64,000 nt of DNA from Candidatus Oxydemutator sp. (GTDB lineage: Bacteria > Pseudomonadota > Gammaproteobacteria > Poriferisulfidales > Oxydemutatoraceae). Shown here piece after piece: positions 34,126 to 43,654 of the stretch. The stretch covers positions 2,144,001 to 2,208,000 of the forward strand of contig OZ241883.1 in the NCBI GenBank assembly GCA_965203445.1, given 5' to 3'. The notes under the pieces are model-generated. The model worked only from the letters and a program-made list of their open reading frames with translations. It had not been told where the DNA came from and ran no database searches. The stretch's first letter is position 1; every line of letters starts with the position of its first letter. The translations under genes and the position numbers were made by a program.

Positions 34126-35364
34126 CTATTCCCTTCCGGCGAGGTATTCCAGCCAGCGCGTCGCGTCGTTTTTTGTTGATTGGAAGCCTAAGCAATAATC
34201 GAACTCGGCCTTGGCCTCGGCGGTGCGTTTGCGTTTGGCCAGGACGATGCCGTGCAGCAGGCGGGCGCCGGGTTCGTCGTCAAGGCCGCCTCTCTCCAAC
34301 GCTTGTTCGAGTGACTGGTGGGCGCGCGGCCAGTCCTCGTCCTCGACCCACAGGCGCGCCAGGCGCAGGAACAGTTCGCCGTCGTCCGCGCGTTGCGCGG
34401 CTTTTTGCAGCGGCGCGATTGCGCGCGCGTGTTCGCGCGCGTTGATCCAGGCCGAGGCCAGCAGTTCGTAATTGTCGGTCGTGGCCTCGATGACGTCGTC
34501 GTCCATGCCGCGCGTGAGCAGGCGCGCGGCTTTGTGCGGAAACTCATGGTACAGATACAGCCGCGCCAAGCGCAGCACGTCGTCGCCTTCGCGCAGCAGG
34601 CCGCGCCGGTAGCCCAATTCGCTCGCAACCAGCGCCTGCTCCTCGTCGTCCATCGAAAGCGACGCCGCGACCAGTTGGCGCCAGTAGATCGCCTTTGTCG
34701 GAAACAGCCGGATCATTTCGGCAAGCAATTCGCGCGCGCGCGCCCAGCGTTCGAGTTGCAGGTTCAGGCCCGACGCCAGCACATAGTGGTTCTCGGCCGG
34801 CGCCGGATGGACGCGCAGGCCGCGCTCGGCCCAGTCGAGCGCCTCCTCGTCGCGCCCCGACAGGTGGCGCGCGAACGCCATCGAAAAATACGCCGCGGGC
34901 GGCGGCTCGTCGCCGTCGGCGAACAATGCCTCGAGCAGTCTGGCCGCGGCCTCCGCGCGCTCGAGCGCGAGATAGACTTGGGCCGCGTTGTAACGCAGCT
35001 GGGCCAGGAAGGTGCGCGGCAGGCCGTCGGCTTTCATCGCCGCCTCGAAATGCGCCGCCGCGGCGGCGTAGTCGTCGGTGGCCGACGCAATCGCGCCGAG
35101 TTGCTGCTCGATGACCGCGCGTTCGTACGGATTCAACGAGCGGCGCGCCGCAAAACGTTTCAGTTTGTCGCGCGCGGCCTCATAGTCGCCGGCGTCGGTG
35201 CGCTCGGCGGCGGCGGTGACGACGTCGTATACCTGTTGCGACAGCAGATACGCGGCGCGCACGGGCGACGCCGCGCACGCCGCAAGCAACGCGGTCGCCA
35301 GCAGCGCGCGCCGAAGCGGACGCCTGAGCGGGCACCGAAGCGGACGCCAAAGGGCCGCGCTCAT
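34126..35364 (-). CDS. Periplasmic TPR protein of the TonB2-type operon (TtpD-like)
   Basis: Signal peptide and helical TPR-like repeats; last gene of the tonB operon. Confidence 0.82.
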   Translation of the reverse strand: MSAALWRPLRCPLRRPLRRALLATALLAACAASPVRAAYLLSQQVYDVVTAAAERTDAGDYEAARDKLKRFAARRSLNPYERAVIEQQLGAIASATDDYAAAAAHFEAAMKADGLPRTFLAQLRYNAAQVYLALERAEAAARLLEALFADGDEPPPAAYFSMAFARHLSGRDEEALDWAERGLRVHPAPAENHYVLASGLNLQLERWARARELLAEMIRLFPTKAIYWRQLVAASLSMDDEEQALVASELGYRRGLLREGDDVLRLARLYLYHEFPHKAARLLTRGMDDDVIEATTDNYELLASAWINAREHARAIAPLQKAAQRADDGELFLRLARLWVEDEDWPRAHQSLEQALERGGLDDEPGARLLHGIVLAKRKRTAEAKAEFDYCLGFQSTKNDATRWLEYLAGRE

Positions 35365-35975
35365 TCCTTCAACCGGAACTCGATGACGACGCGCACGCCG
35401 TCGCGGCGCACCGGGCGCCCGTCCTGCATCGGCGGGCGATAGCGCCACTGCGATACCGCGCGCAACGCCGAACGGTTGAAGATCGCCGACGGTTCGGCGT
35501 TCACGACGCGCGGCAGGATGACGCCGCCGTCGCGGTCTATCGTGAACTCGATCTCGACCCAGCCTTCGATGCCGCGGTTGGCCGCGCGTATCGGATAGAT
35601 CGGGCTTACGCGCACCAGCGGCGTGCCGCCGTCGCCGACCGCGAAACCGGACAGGTCGGTGCGAACGTCCGGCAGGCGCGGCAGGCGCGCCGCAATGCCG
35701 GGCACGGCCGCGGCCGGCTTGTCGAACGCGAACTTCGGCGGCGCCGGCGGCGGCGGCTCGGCTTCTTCGGGTTGCGGCGGCGGCGGGCGGCGGTCGCGCC
35801 TGATCTCGGTCTCGTCGCGCGCAACGCGCACGAAATCAACCGCAAAGCGCGGCGGCACCGTCAGCCGCGCGAGACCGTCGCCGTCCACGAGGCGCGCCAT
35901 CAGATAGAACAGGCCGCAGGTTACGACTATCGCCGCCAGCAGCGAGAACGACCAGCGCGCCGCGGCGCTACTCAT
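35361..35975 (-). CDS. tonB: Energy transducer TonB
   Basis: N-terminal TM, Pro-rich linker, PIYPIRAANRGIEGWVEIEFTI TonB_C domain. Confidence 0.92.
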   Translation of the reverse strand: MSSAAARWSFSLLAAIVVTCGLFYLMARLVDGDGLARLTVPPRFAVDFVRVARDETEIRRDRRPPPPQPEEAEPPPPAPPKFAFDKPAAAVPGIAARLPRLPDVRTDLSGFAVGDGGTPLVRVSPIYPIRAANRGIEGWVEIEFTIDRDGGVILPRVVNAEPSAIFNRSALRAVSQWRYRPPMQDGRPVRRDGVRVVIEFRLKE

Positions 35976-36387
35976 CCCGGGTCGCCGCAATCGCGATTTT
36001 TTCGACGCCGGCCATGCGCACCTGGTCGAGCACCTCGACCAGCACGCCGTTGTGCGACGCGCGGTCGGCCAGGATCACGACCGAACCCTGCGGATTCTGC
36101 AAATGCAGCCTCTCGACGTTGGCGCGCACCGCGCGCGGATCCACGTTGCGCTTGTCTATCCAGACGCCGCCGCGCGCGTCTATCGCTATGAGTATCGCGG
36201 CGTGTTCCTGGCGCACCGCCGATTCCGCCGCCGGGCGCGACACTTCGATACCCGCCTCCTTGACGAAGGACGCGGTCACGATAAAGAAGATCAGCAGGAT
36301 GAAGACGACGTCGAGCATCGGCGTCAGGTTGACGTCGACCTCCTCGTCGCTCTGGCGCCGCAATGAGGAACGCTGGCGCACGTTCAC
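35968..36387 (-). CDS. exbD: Biopolymer transporter ExbD
   Basis: VNLTPMLDVVFILLIFFIVTASF; GTG overlaps the exbB stop. Confidence 0.93.
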   Translation of the reverse strand: MNVRQRSSLRRQSDEEVDVNLTPMLDVVFILLIFFIVTASFVKEAGIEVSRPAAESAVRQEHAAILIAIDARGGVWIDKRNVDPRAVRANVERLHLQNPQGSVVILADRASHNGVLVEVLDQVRMAGVEKIAIAATRDE

Positions 36388-36890
36388 GCAAGACGCTGCT
36401 CGAGGCGTTCGAGCAGGCGTCTCTCCCGGCGCCGCAGATCGGTCGAACAATAAAAGCCGGACAACGCGGCGACCAGTCCGGCCATCGTCGGCAGCGTCGC
36501 CTTCGACACCCCGGCCGCGATCACGCGCGCGTCGCTCGAACCGGTCGCGGCGAGCGCGTCGAAGACCTCGATCATGCCGACCACCGTGCCCAGCAGACCG
36601 AGCAGCAGACTGCCCTTGACCAGCGCGCGTATCAGTCCCAGGCGCCGTTCGTTTTCGATACGGTACTCGGACAGCCGACAGCGCTGTACGGCGCGGCGCC
36701 GCGCCGACGAGGCCTCGGCACAGTCGCCGGGCGCGCGCCGCGCCGCGCTCGCAAAATACCAGTAGCGTTCGGCGATCAACAGCCACATCGCAAACGTAAC
36801 CAGCATCAGGACGGACAATACCGGCCCGCCCAGGGCGAGAAAATCCTGTATCGGCCAGACCACGGTCTCCCAACGCAACGACGACGTCAT
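36384..36890 (-). CDS. exbB: ExbB (short MotA/TolQ/ExbB)
   Basis: LLGLLGTVVGMIEVF...GVSKATLPTMAGL. Confidence 0.88.
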   Translation of the reverse strand: MTSSLRWETVVWPIQDFLALGGPVLSVLMLVTFAMWLLIAERYWYFASAARRAPGDCAEASSARRRAVQRCRLSEYRIENERRLGLIRALVKGSLLLGLLGTVVGMIEVFDALAATGSSDARVIAAGVSKATLPTMAGLVAALSGFYCSTDLRRRERRLLERLEQRLA

Positions 36891-36911
36891 CGCAACCCCT
36901 CAGGCAACCCC

Positions 36912-38354
36912 TCAGGCGACGGCCTCACGGCGCGCACGCAGCGCGACCAGACCGGCGCTCTGCTCCTCGAGAATCTGGCGGATCTCGCGGCTGCGCGCGG
37001 CCGCGAACGTGTGCAGCAGCAGCAGCGGCACCGCGACGATCAGACCGAGCGCCGTCGTCACCAGCGCCTGGCTGATGCCGCCGGCCATCGTGCGCGGATC
37101 GCCGGTGCCGAACAGCGTGATCGCCTGGAACGTCTCGATCATGCCGACGACGGTGCCGAGCAGACCGAGCAGCGGCGCAATCGCGGCCAGCACCTTCAAA
37201 AAGCCCAGGCCGCGCTCCAGCGGCGGCATCTCGCGGATGACCGCGTCGTGCAGACTCAGCTCCAGGCCTTCGGCGTCGGCGTCCGGATGCTCGCGCGCGA
37301 CCGCGAGAACCCGGCCGAGCGGATTCGCGGCGGCCAGTTCGCGCGTATCCTTCTGGCGTCGCACCCTGCGCACCGTGCGCGCCAGCGACGCGATGCGCTC
37401 CAACGCGAGCAGCACGCCGATCAGCCCCAACGCAAGAATCAGGTAGGCGATTACGCCGCCCTGCTCGATGCGCTCGGCCGGCGTCGGTGCGTGCACCAAC
37501 AGCGACAACAACGCGCCGCGCGTCGGGTCCACGGGTGCCGCGACAAAGTCCGAAAGCGCGCTCCCGTCGCCGCTCCCGGTCATGGTCGCGGTCGCGTCCG
37601 CGGCCGCGGCGAGATAGCGCGAACCCGGCTGGTGGGCCAAGTCCGCAAGGCCGCCGGCGCCTTCGAGATATTTCAGAAAACGCCCGCGCGAGAGCGCGGT
37701 GAACGGGCCTATGTGCGTAACCTCGCGCGCCTCGAGACGGCCGTCGGGAAGGACGACCTCGGCTTGAAAACGGTGGCTGCCGCCCTGCAACGCCATGATC
37801 TCGAGCAGCAGGTGCCACAGATAGCGTACGCTTTCGAGATCGGGCAGGCCGTCCGCCTTCGCCAGGCGCGTCAGTTTTTCCTCGGCCTCGCCGTCGGACA
37901 ACACCAGACGGATGAACGAGGCGGCCAAAGCTTCGCGCGTATCGGCGGCGGCGCGCGCGATGACCGCGGACAATTCCTCGAGGTCGCCGGCGCGCTGGTG
38001 GTGCAGGCGCTCCAATTCGAGTATTTTCTCCTCGTTGTCGCCGAAGCTTTTCTCCAGCTCGGCGCTGCGCGCAAGCAATTCGTCGAGACGGTTTCTGGCG
38101 GCGGCCAGTTCGCGCGCCTGCGATTCCTTGTCCGCGGCAAAACGCCGCTCGCGCTCGCGCGCAAGGCGCACGTTCTCGCGGTGGTCGCCGCGAACTTTCT
38201 CAAGCAGCCGCCCGAAAGAGGAGGCCGGCGTTTGCGTCGGCGCCGGCTGCGTCGCTGCGAACGCCGCGCCGGGTGCCGCGGCCAAGACCCATGCGGCCAG
38301 GAGCGGCAAGACCGGCCAGGCCGACAAGGCCGCCAGGACGCCGATGCGTTTCAT
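36912..38354 (-). CDS. TtpC-like MotA/TolQ/ExbB protein with periplasmic coiled-coil domain
   Basis: Signal peptide, coiled coil, PVDPTRG, APLLGLLGTVVGMIETF...GISQALVTTALGL. Confidence 0.88.
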   Translation of the reverse strand: MKRIGVLAALSAWPVLPLLAAWVLAAAPGAAFAATQPAPTQTPASSFGRLLEKVRGDHRENVRLARERERRFAADKESQARELAAARNRLDELLARSAELEKSFGDNEEKILELERLHHQRAGDLEELSAVIARAAADTREALAASFIRLVLSDGEAEEKLTRLAKADGLPDLESVRYLWHLLLEIMALQGGSHRFQAEVVLPDGRLEAREVTHIGPFTALSRGRFLKYLEGAGGLADLAHQPGSRYLAAAADATATMTGSGDGSALSDFVAAPVDPTRGALLSLLVHAPTPAERIEQGGVIAYLILALGLIGVLLALERIASLARTVRRVRRQKDTRELAAANPLGRVLAVAREHPDADAEGLELSLHDAVIREMPPLERGLGFLKVLAAIAPLLGLLGTVVGMIETFQAITLFGTGDPRTMAGGISQALVTTALGLIVAVPLLLLHTFAAARSREIRQILEEQSAGLVALRARREAVA

Positions 38355-39150
38355 CCGCCGGCCTCGCCCGCGGCCTGCGGCGCGCCGGCCTGCGGTGCTT
38401 CCATGACGCGCACCGGCAACACCAGCAAACCGGGCGCAATCGTCCCGCGCGCCATGCGCAAACCGCGCCGCACCTCCAGGCGGTAGTCGTCATCCAGCGC
38501 GCGCCACGATCCTTGGCGCGCGTCCCAGATGCCGAGGCGCTCGCCGTCGAGCGTCTGGTAGATCAGGACGTTTCTGCCGACGCGCAGGAAGTCCACAACC
38601 TGACCGTCGGCGGCGTCGAGTTCGCCGCGCCAGGTTTCCAACGTGCGCCCGTAGTCGGCCTCGACGCCGTAGGCCTCAAAGATGCGGCGAAACTTTTCCG
38701 ACACCGGCGGTTCGGAATCGGCCAGCGTCGCGTCCAACCTTTGCATACGCGCGCTTCGTTCCTCGCGCAAAAACGGCGCGTCGAGGCGGATGAACTCCTT
38801 GAGCGAACGTATCATCGTCTCGGCCAGCGGCAGCAGCGCGCGCCCGACGTCGCGCGCGCGCGCGATGCCGTCGCGATAGCGTTCGATGGACTTTTCCTGG
38901 TCGGCGACGAGAGCGTCCAGTTGGCGCACGTACGCCTGCAACGACTCGATCCTGGCATCCAGCGCGCGACGTTCCGCGGCCAAGCGGCGCGCCTCGTCGT
39001 CGAGCCGGTCGACGACGCGCTGCGACGCGGCGCCGCGCTCGACCGTATCGCGCACCACGTCCGACGCCTCGTCGAGAGGGTCGGCCAGAACCGGCGCGGC
39101 GACGGCGACAAGCGCGCTCAGCAACAGCGACGACAGCAGCGAAAGAGGGG
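38351..39150 (-). CDS. DUF3450 family protein (TtpB-like); start not resolved
   Basis: DAPFLREER...SEKFRRIFEAY.VEADYGRT...VDFLRVGR motifs; first gene of the TonB2-type operon. The frame stays open through the tRNA to ATG 39238. Confidence 0.8.
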
Positions 39151-39155
39151 AGAAT

Positions 39156-39232
39156 TGGCGCGCCCGGAGAGATTCGAACTCCCGACCGCCTGGTTCGTAG
39201 CCAGGTACTCTATCCAACTGAGCTACGGGCGC
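39156..39232 (-). tRNA. tRNA-Arg(ACG)
   Basis: GCGCCCGTAGCTCAGTTGGATAGAG...CCTGG-CTACGAA-CCAGG...GTTCGAATC...CGGGCGCGCCA. Confidence 0.96.
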
Positions 39233-39233
39233 T

Positions 39234-39332
39234 TGCATCTATATTATAGAGGAGAATCGCACGATGCCGACGGTGCGCGACCCAACTTCTTCGAGCACGG
39301 GCACCTGCATCCATATTATAGAGGAGAATCGC
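39234..39332 (-). repeat. Direct repeat of a ~28-bp TATAAT-containing unit upstream of tRNA-Arg
   Basis: tgcatctatattatagaggagaatcgca at ~39234 and tgcatccatattatagaggagaatcgca at ~39306. Confidence 0.8.
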
Positions 39333-39409
39333 AGGCCGGACGGCCCGAGAGCACGGGATGCTCCCGATACGGGCTGATCCGACCGCGACCTGAGAGACGG
39401 ATCAAACGT

Positions 39410-40555
39410 TCAGGCGATACCGTGCGCCGCGGCGCCGCGCAGCGTTTTCGGCGTCTTGCCGTTGGCCGGGCTGATCGCGCCCGCGGGACAGGCGTCGACA
39501 CAGGAGAAACAGCGTATGCACTCGTGCTCGTCAATGTAGAGCGTGCTGTAATACAGGCCGGGGGTCTCGGTCGGGCTGATGACTTCGTAGCGGTCGGCGC
39601 CGGTGCCGCTGTTGCGGATCAGCCGCGACACCTCGACGATACAGTTCTCGGTGGGCTTGACGAACAGGCATTCGTCGCACAAGACGCAGCGGACGTTGTC
39701 TATCACCGGCGCCGGCGAACCGGCGTCCTCGAACTTGTCGTAGAAGATGTCGCCGCCGGCCATGCCCGCGGCGGTCAGTACCTCGATACCGGCGTCTATC
39801 ATCGGCGGCGGTCCGCAGAAATAGGCCTTGCACCGCCGCAAGTCCACGCGCCCGGTGTCGAGCCAGTGCTTCTTCAGATAGTCGGTAACGAAACCGCGCG
39901 CGCCGTCCCAGCCGCCGCCCGCGGGTTCCTCGGACAGCACCGGAATAAACTCGAAGCTATGCTTCGGGTGCCAGCGCCTGCCGAGCACCGCAAGCTCATC
40001 GAGGCAATACAGATCCTCGCGCGTGCGCGCGCCGTAAAAAAACAGCGCGTCGCGTTCGACGCGCCGGTTGCAGGCGTGCTCGAGGATCGAGAAAATCGCG
40101 CTCATGCCGCTGCCGCCGGCGACGCACAGCATCTTGTCGCAAGACGGATCGAGACCGAACTTGCCGAGCGGGCCGCTCAGCGTGATCGCCTCTCCGATGC
40201 GATCCTTGTCGAACAGCCAACCGGAAAACCGCCCGTTCGGAACCAGGCGTATGAAGAAGGTATATTCGCCGGGTTTTTCGCTTTCGGGGGCGCGCGCGAA
40301 CGAATACGAGCGCGGCTTGTCGAGGCCCTCGACCTTCAGCGTCGCGTACTGTCCGGCCTTGGCGTTCAACGCGCCGGCACCGTCGGCACCGCAGTCCACG
40401 ACCAGCTCACAGGTATCGTGCGTCAGATTTCTGGCGCTCTTGACCGTGCCGTGGCGGATGCCGACGCGACCGCCATAGACGGCCTTGTCGGGCGGCGACG
40501 ACTTGCGCCCCGCAAAGTACTCCGCGGGATCGTGAAAACCGTCGAATTTACTCAT
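39410..40555 (-). CDS. FAD/NAD(P)-binding oxidoreductase (FNR family) fused to a C-terminal 2x[4Fe-4S]-type ferredoxin
   Basis: KAGQYA, RSYSFA, GRFSGWL, VAGGSGMSA, YFCGPPPM; then CVLCDEC...C and CIRCFSCVDACP; AGGAGG RBS. Confidence 0.88.
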   Translation of the reverse strand: MSKFDGFHDPAEYFAGRKSSPPDKAVYGGRVGIRHGTVKSARNLTHDTCELVVDCGADGAGALNAKAGQYATLKVEGLDKPRSYSFARAPESEKPGEYTFFIRLVPNGRFSGWLFDKDRIGEAITLSGPLGKFGLDPSCDKMLCVAGGSGMSAIFSILEHACNRRVERDALFFYGARTREDLYCLDELAVLGRRWHPKHSFEFIPVLSEEPAGGGWDGARGFVTDYLKKHWLDTGRVDLRRCKAYFCGPPPMIDAGIEVLTAAGMAGGDIFYDKFEDAGSPAPVIDNVRCVLCDECLFVKPTENCIVEVSRLIRNSGTGADRYEVISPTETPGLYYSTLYIDEHECIRCFSCVDACPAGAISPANGKTPKTLRGAAAHGIA

Positions 40556-42872
40556 GGCCCAACCTCCTGACTTCGGCAAACGCCTGCGGATGTCTGCTCC
40601 TCGCAAACTCGATAATCTCGTCGTCGCTCGCGGCCAGCCCCGCGTTCTTCGGATCGTTGCGCCACGCGCGAACGTAGCCCGCAACGCCGCCCATCTGCGT
40701 CAGTTTCTGCGACGTGAAACGCTCGGCGTCGTCGGCTTTTTCTATCTCGACCAGCACCGAGTAAAAACACGGACTCATGCCGAAGTCGGTCAGGCGCTGG
40801 GAATTGAGCGCGTTGGCGTTGACGCCACCCAGCGTGTTGCTGCCCTTGAACTGCTTTTGCGTTCCGCAGACGCCGGGCAGCAGGCCGTCAATAATCACCG
40901 CGTGGCAGTAGGTCTCGCCGCGGTCGTTGTAAAGGCGCACCAGATCGCCGTCCTGGATGCCGCGCGCGGCGGCGTCCTCGGTGCTCAACTCGACGGTCGG
41001 GCGCGACATCATCGCGCGCAGGCGCGGCACCGACTGGAACGAGTCGCCGATGAAATAATGCGTCGCGCTGCTCAACACCTGGATCGGATAATGCCTGCGC
41101 CGCCAGTGATCCTCCTGGCCCTCCTCTTCGGGCACGTAGGTCGGGAACGGGGGCTGGCCCATTTCCTTCAGGGCCTCGCTGTAGATCTCGATCTTGCCGC
41201 TCGGCGTAGGCCAGCCGTTCTTCAGAAAATTGCGGCGTTCGGACTCGACGCTGCCGCGCACCCAGCCGTTCTCCTCGAGCTGCTCGTAGGTGACGCCTTC
41301 CAGCAGCGGATGCGAGTCGGCGTCTATGATCTCGCGCACCATCTCCTCGTCGGTCTGGGTAAAGGCGTTGTCGCCCTCCTCGACGTAGCCCATGCGCCGC
41401 GCCAGCATCCGGAACAGCTCGGTGTTGCGCACGCTCTCGCCGAGCGGCTCGATCACCGGCTTGTTCATGTTGAAGTGGTAGTGGCCGTAGGCCGCGTGCA
41501 GGTCCATGCGCTCGAGCTGAGTGTCGGCGGGCAGCACGACGTCGGCGTAGTCGCAGGTGTCGGTCCAAAACGTGTCGTGCACGGCGACGAACAGGTCGTC
41601 GCGCATCAGGCCCCTGCGCACGCTGTTGGTATTCGGCGCGCAGTTGGCCGGATCGGAGTTATAGACGAACAGGTGCTTGATCGGCGGGTCGAGCTTCTCG
41701 TCGTCGACGCCGACGTCCTCCGACAGCGCGCGCCCTATCTGCACCATGTTGACGATGCGCGACTCGGCGCGGTTGCCGAGGTCGGGGCGCTGGAGCTTGG
41801 CGAGCGGAAACTTGAGCCACATCTCCTCGAGCGTGCCGAACGCCGCGCCGCCGCACTTCTCGCGCCACGAGCCGGTGATGCACGGCAGCGTCAACACCGC
41901 GCGGCACATCTGGCCGGCGTTCTGGTGGCGGTTGAGGCCGTAGTTCGCGCGGATGTAGGTCTTTTCGGTACGCGCGTATTCGAGCGCGAAGCTGCGGATT
42001 TCGGCGGCCTCGAGGCCGGTGATAGCGGCCACCCGCTCGAGCGGATAATCGGGCAGTTTCTTGTCGAGAAACTCCTCCCAGCCGAGCGTCTGCTCCTTCA
42101 GAAAGTCGCGGTCGCTCAGCCCCTCGTCGTTGATGATCTTCATCATGCCGAGCGCCAGCGCGCCGTCGGTGCCCGGACGCGGCTGTATGTGCCAATCGGC
42201 CATCATCGTCGTGCGCGTTACGCGCGGGTCTATGACGACCAGTTTCGCGCCGCGCGCACGTGCTTCCTGGATGAACGGAATCGCATGCACGCCGGTGCTG
42301 ACCAGGTTGGCGCCCCACAGGATAATCAGATCGGCCTCCTCGCAAGCGTCGTGGATGGACGGCCCATTCGCGATTCCGTAGGTGTAAATGCCGGCCCACA
42401 TCGCCGCGTAAATGCAGATGGACTGCTCCAGGCGGGCCGCGTTCATCCTGTTCCAGAAGCGCTGATCCATGCCCCAATAACCGAGCATCCCGAGCGTGCC
42501 CGAATACGAATAGGGCTGCACCGCCTCGGAACCGTACTTCTCGATGGTCTTCTTCATGTCGCCGGCCACCGCGTCGAGCGCCTCGTCCCAGCTGATGCGC
42601 TCGAACTTCGCGCCGGGACCTTTCGGGCCGACGCGCTTGTGCGGGTAAAGAACGCGGCTGTCGTTATAGACCAGTTCGAGGTAATGGTTGACTTTGTTGC
42701 ACAAATACCCCTTCGTGACCGGGTGCGTCGGGTCGCCCTGGATACGCACGGCCTTGCCGCTCTTGTCGTCGCGCGTAACGAGCATCGAACAGGTGTCCGG
42801 GCAATCGTGCGGACACGGCACGTGGTGAATCGAGTGGCCTTCCGGTGCCTGTATCTTGGTGCTCAGTGTCAT
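40548..42872 (-). CDS. Molybdopterin (bis-MGD) oxidoreductase, uncharacterised CPHDCPDTC subgroup
   Basis: CPHDCPDTC...GYLCNK, ISWDEALD, IILWGAN, VIDP, PRPGTDGALALG, TDTCDYADVVLPA, C-terminal dinucleotide-binding domain; AAGGAGG RBS; no Tat signal. Confidence 0.92.
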   Translation of the reverse strand: MTLSTKIQAPEGHSIHHVPCPHDCPDTCSMLVTRDDKSGKAVRIQGDPTHPVTKGYLCNKVNHYLELVYNDSRVLYPHKRVGPKGPGAKFERISWDEALDAVAGDMKKTIEKYGSEAVQPYSYSGTLGMLGYWGMDQRFWNRMNAARLEQSICIYAAMWAGIYTYGIANGPSIHDACEEADLIILWGANLVSTGVHAIPFIQEARARGAKLVVIDPRVTRTTMMADWHIQPRPGTDGALALGMMKIINDEGLSDRDFLKEQTLGWEEFLDKKLPDYPLERVAAITGLEAAEIRSFALEYARTEKTYIRANYGLNRHQNAGQMCRAVLTLPCITGSWREKCGGAAFGTLEEMWLKFPLAKLQRPDLGNRAESRIVNMVQIGRALSEDVGVDDEKLDPPIKHLFVYNSDPANCAPNTNSVRRGLMRDDLFVAVHDTFWTDTCDYADVVLPADTQLERMDLHAAYGHYHFNMNKPVIEPLGESVRNTELFRMLARRMGYVEEGDNAFTQTDEEMVREIIDADSHPLLEGVTYEQLEENGWVRGSVESERRNFLKNGWPTPSGKIEIYSEALKEMGQPPFPTYVPEEEGQEDHWRRRHYPIQVLSSATHYFIGDSFQSVPRLRAMMSRPTVELSTEDAAARGIQDGDLVRLYNDRGETYCHAVIIDGLLPGVCGTQKQFKGSNTLGGVNANALNSQRLTDFGMSPCFYSVLVEIEKADDAERFTSQKLTQMGGVAGYVRAWRNDPKNAGLAASDDEIIEFARSRHPQAFAEVRRLGHE

Positions 42873-42991
42873 GTTTTTGTCCTCCTTTAATCCATTCCCG
42901 CTCCCGGTGCGGGAGCGTCCGCCTGCATCCGACGGTTATACCACGCCTGCCGTTGCCGCAAGCGAGGCGCGGACGCCGCCAAAGCGCCGCG

Positions 42992-43576
42992 TCACAGGCT
43001 AGGCGAACGGCTCTTGATCAGCTCCATGAATTCGGTGCGCGTGCGCGGGTCGTCGCGAAAGGAACCGAGCATCGCGCTGGTCACGGTCTTGCTGTTCTGT
43101 TTCTGCACGCCGCGCATGACCATGCAGTAGTGCACCGCCTCGACGACGACGCCGACGCCGCGCGCGCCCAGCAGCTCCATCAGGCTCTCGGCGATCTGGT
43201 TCGTCATGCGCTCCTGCACCTGCAGGCGACGCGCGTACACGTCCACCGCGCGCGCAATTTTGCTCAGGCCGATGACTTTGCCGGCGGGCAGGTAGCCGAT
43301 GTGCACCTTGCCGGTCATCGGCAGGATGTGATGCTCGCACAGGGAATAAAACTCGATGTCCTTGACGATGACCATCTCGTCGCAACTGACGTCGAACATC
43401 GCGTCGCGCGCGACTCTGTCGACGTTCACATCGTAGCCGCTGGTCAGAAAACGCAGCGACTCGGCGACCCGCTGCGGCGTCTTTACCAGTCCCTCGCGCG
43501 ACGGATCCTCGCCCAGCTCTCGCAACAGCCGGACAATCAGATCGGCGATCCGCCCGTTGTCATGATCCACGTCCAT
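42992..43576 (-). CDS. folE: GTP cyclohydrolase I
   Basis: [41 protein letters not shown]. Confidence 0.96.
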   Translation of the reverse strand: MDVDHDNGRIADLIVRLLRELGEDPSREGLVKTPQRVAESLRFLTSGYDVNVDRVARDAMFDVSCDEMVIVKDIEFYSLCEHHILPMTGKVHIGYLPAGKVIGLSKIARAVDVYARRLQVQERMTNQIAESLMELLGARGVGVVVEAVHYCMVMRGVQKQNSKTVTSAMLGSFRDDPRTRTEFMELIKSRSPSL

Positions 43577-43654
43577 CGTTTTCCTTATCGTTATCGGGGC
43601 GCGTGGTCGTCGGCGCGTAGCGTGCCCGGGCGACCGCCGACGACCGCTTGCTCC

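Noticed and set aside
34126-39150. Six-gene TonB operon as a novel system
   Set aside because: It matches the described Vibrio-type ttpB-ttpC-exbB-exbD-tonB-ttpD arrangement.
42873-43576. Functional link between folE and the Mo enzyme
   Set aside because: They are separated by their own -10-like box, hairpin and RBS, and Moco synthesis uses MoaA/MoaC rather than FolE; adjacency alone is weak evidence.
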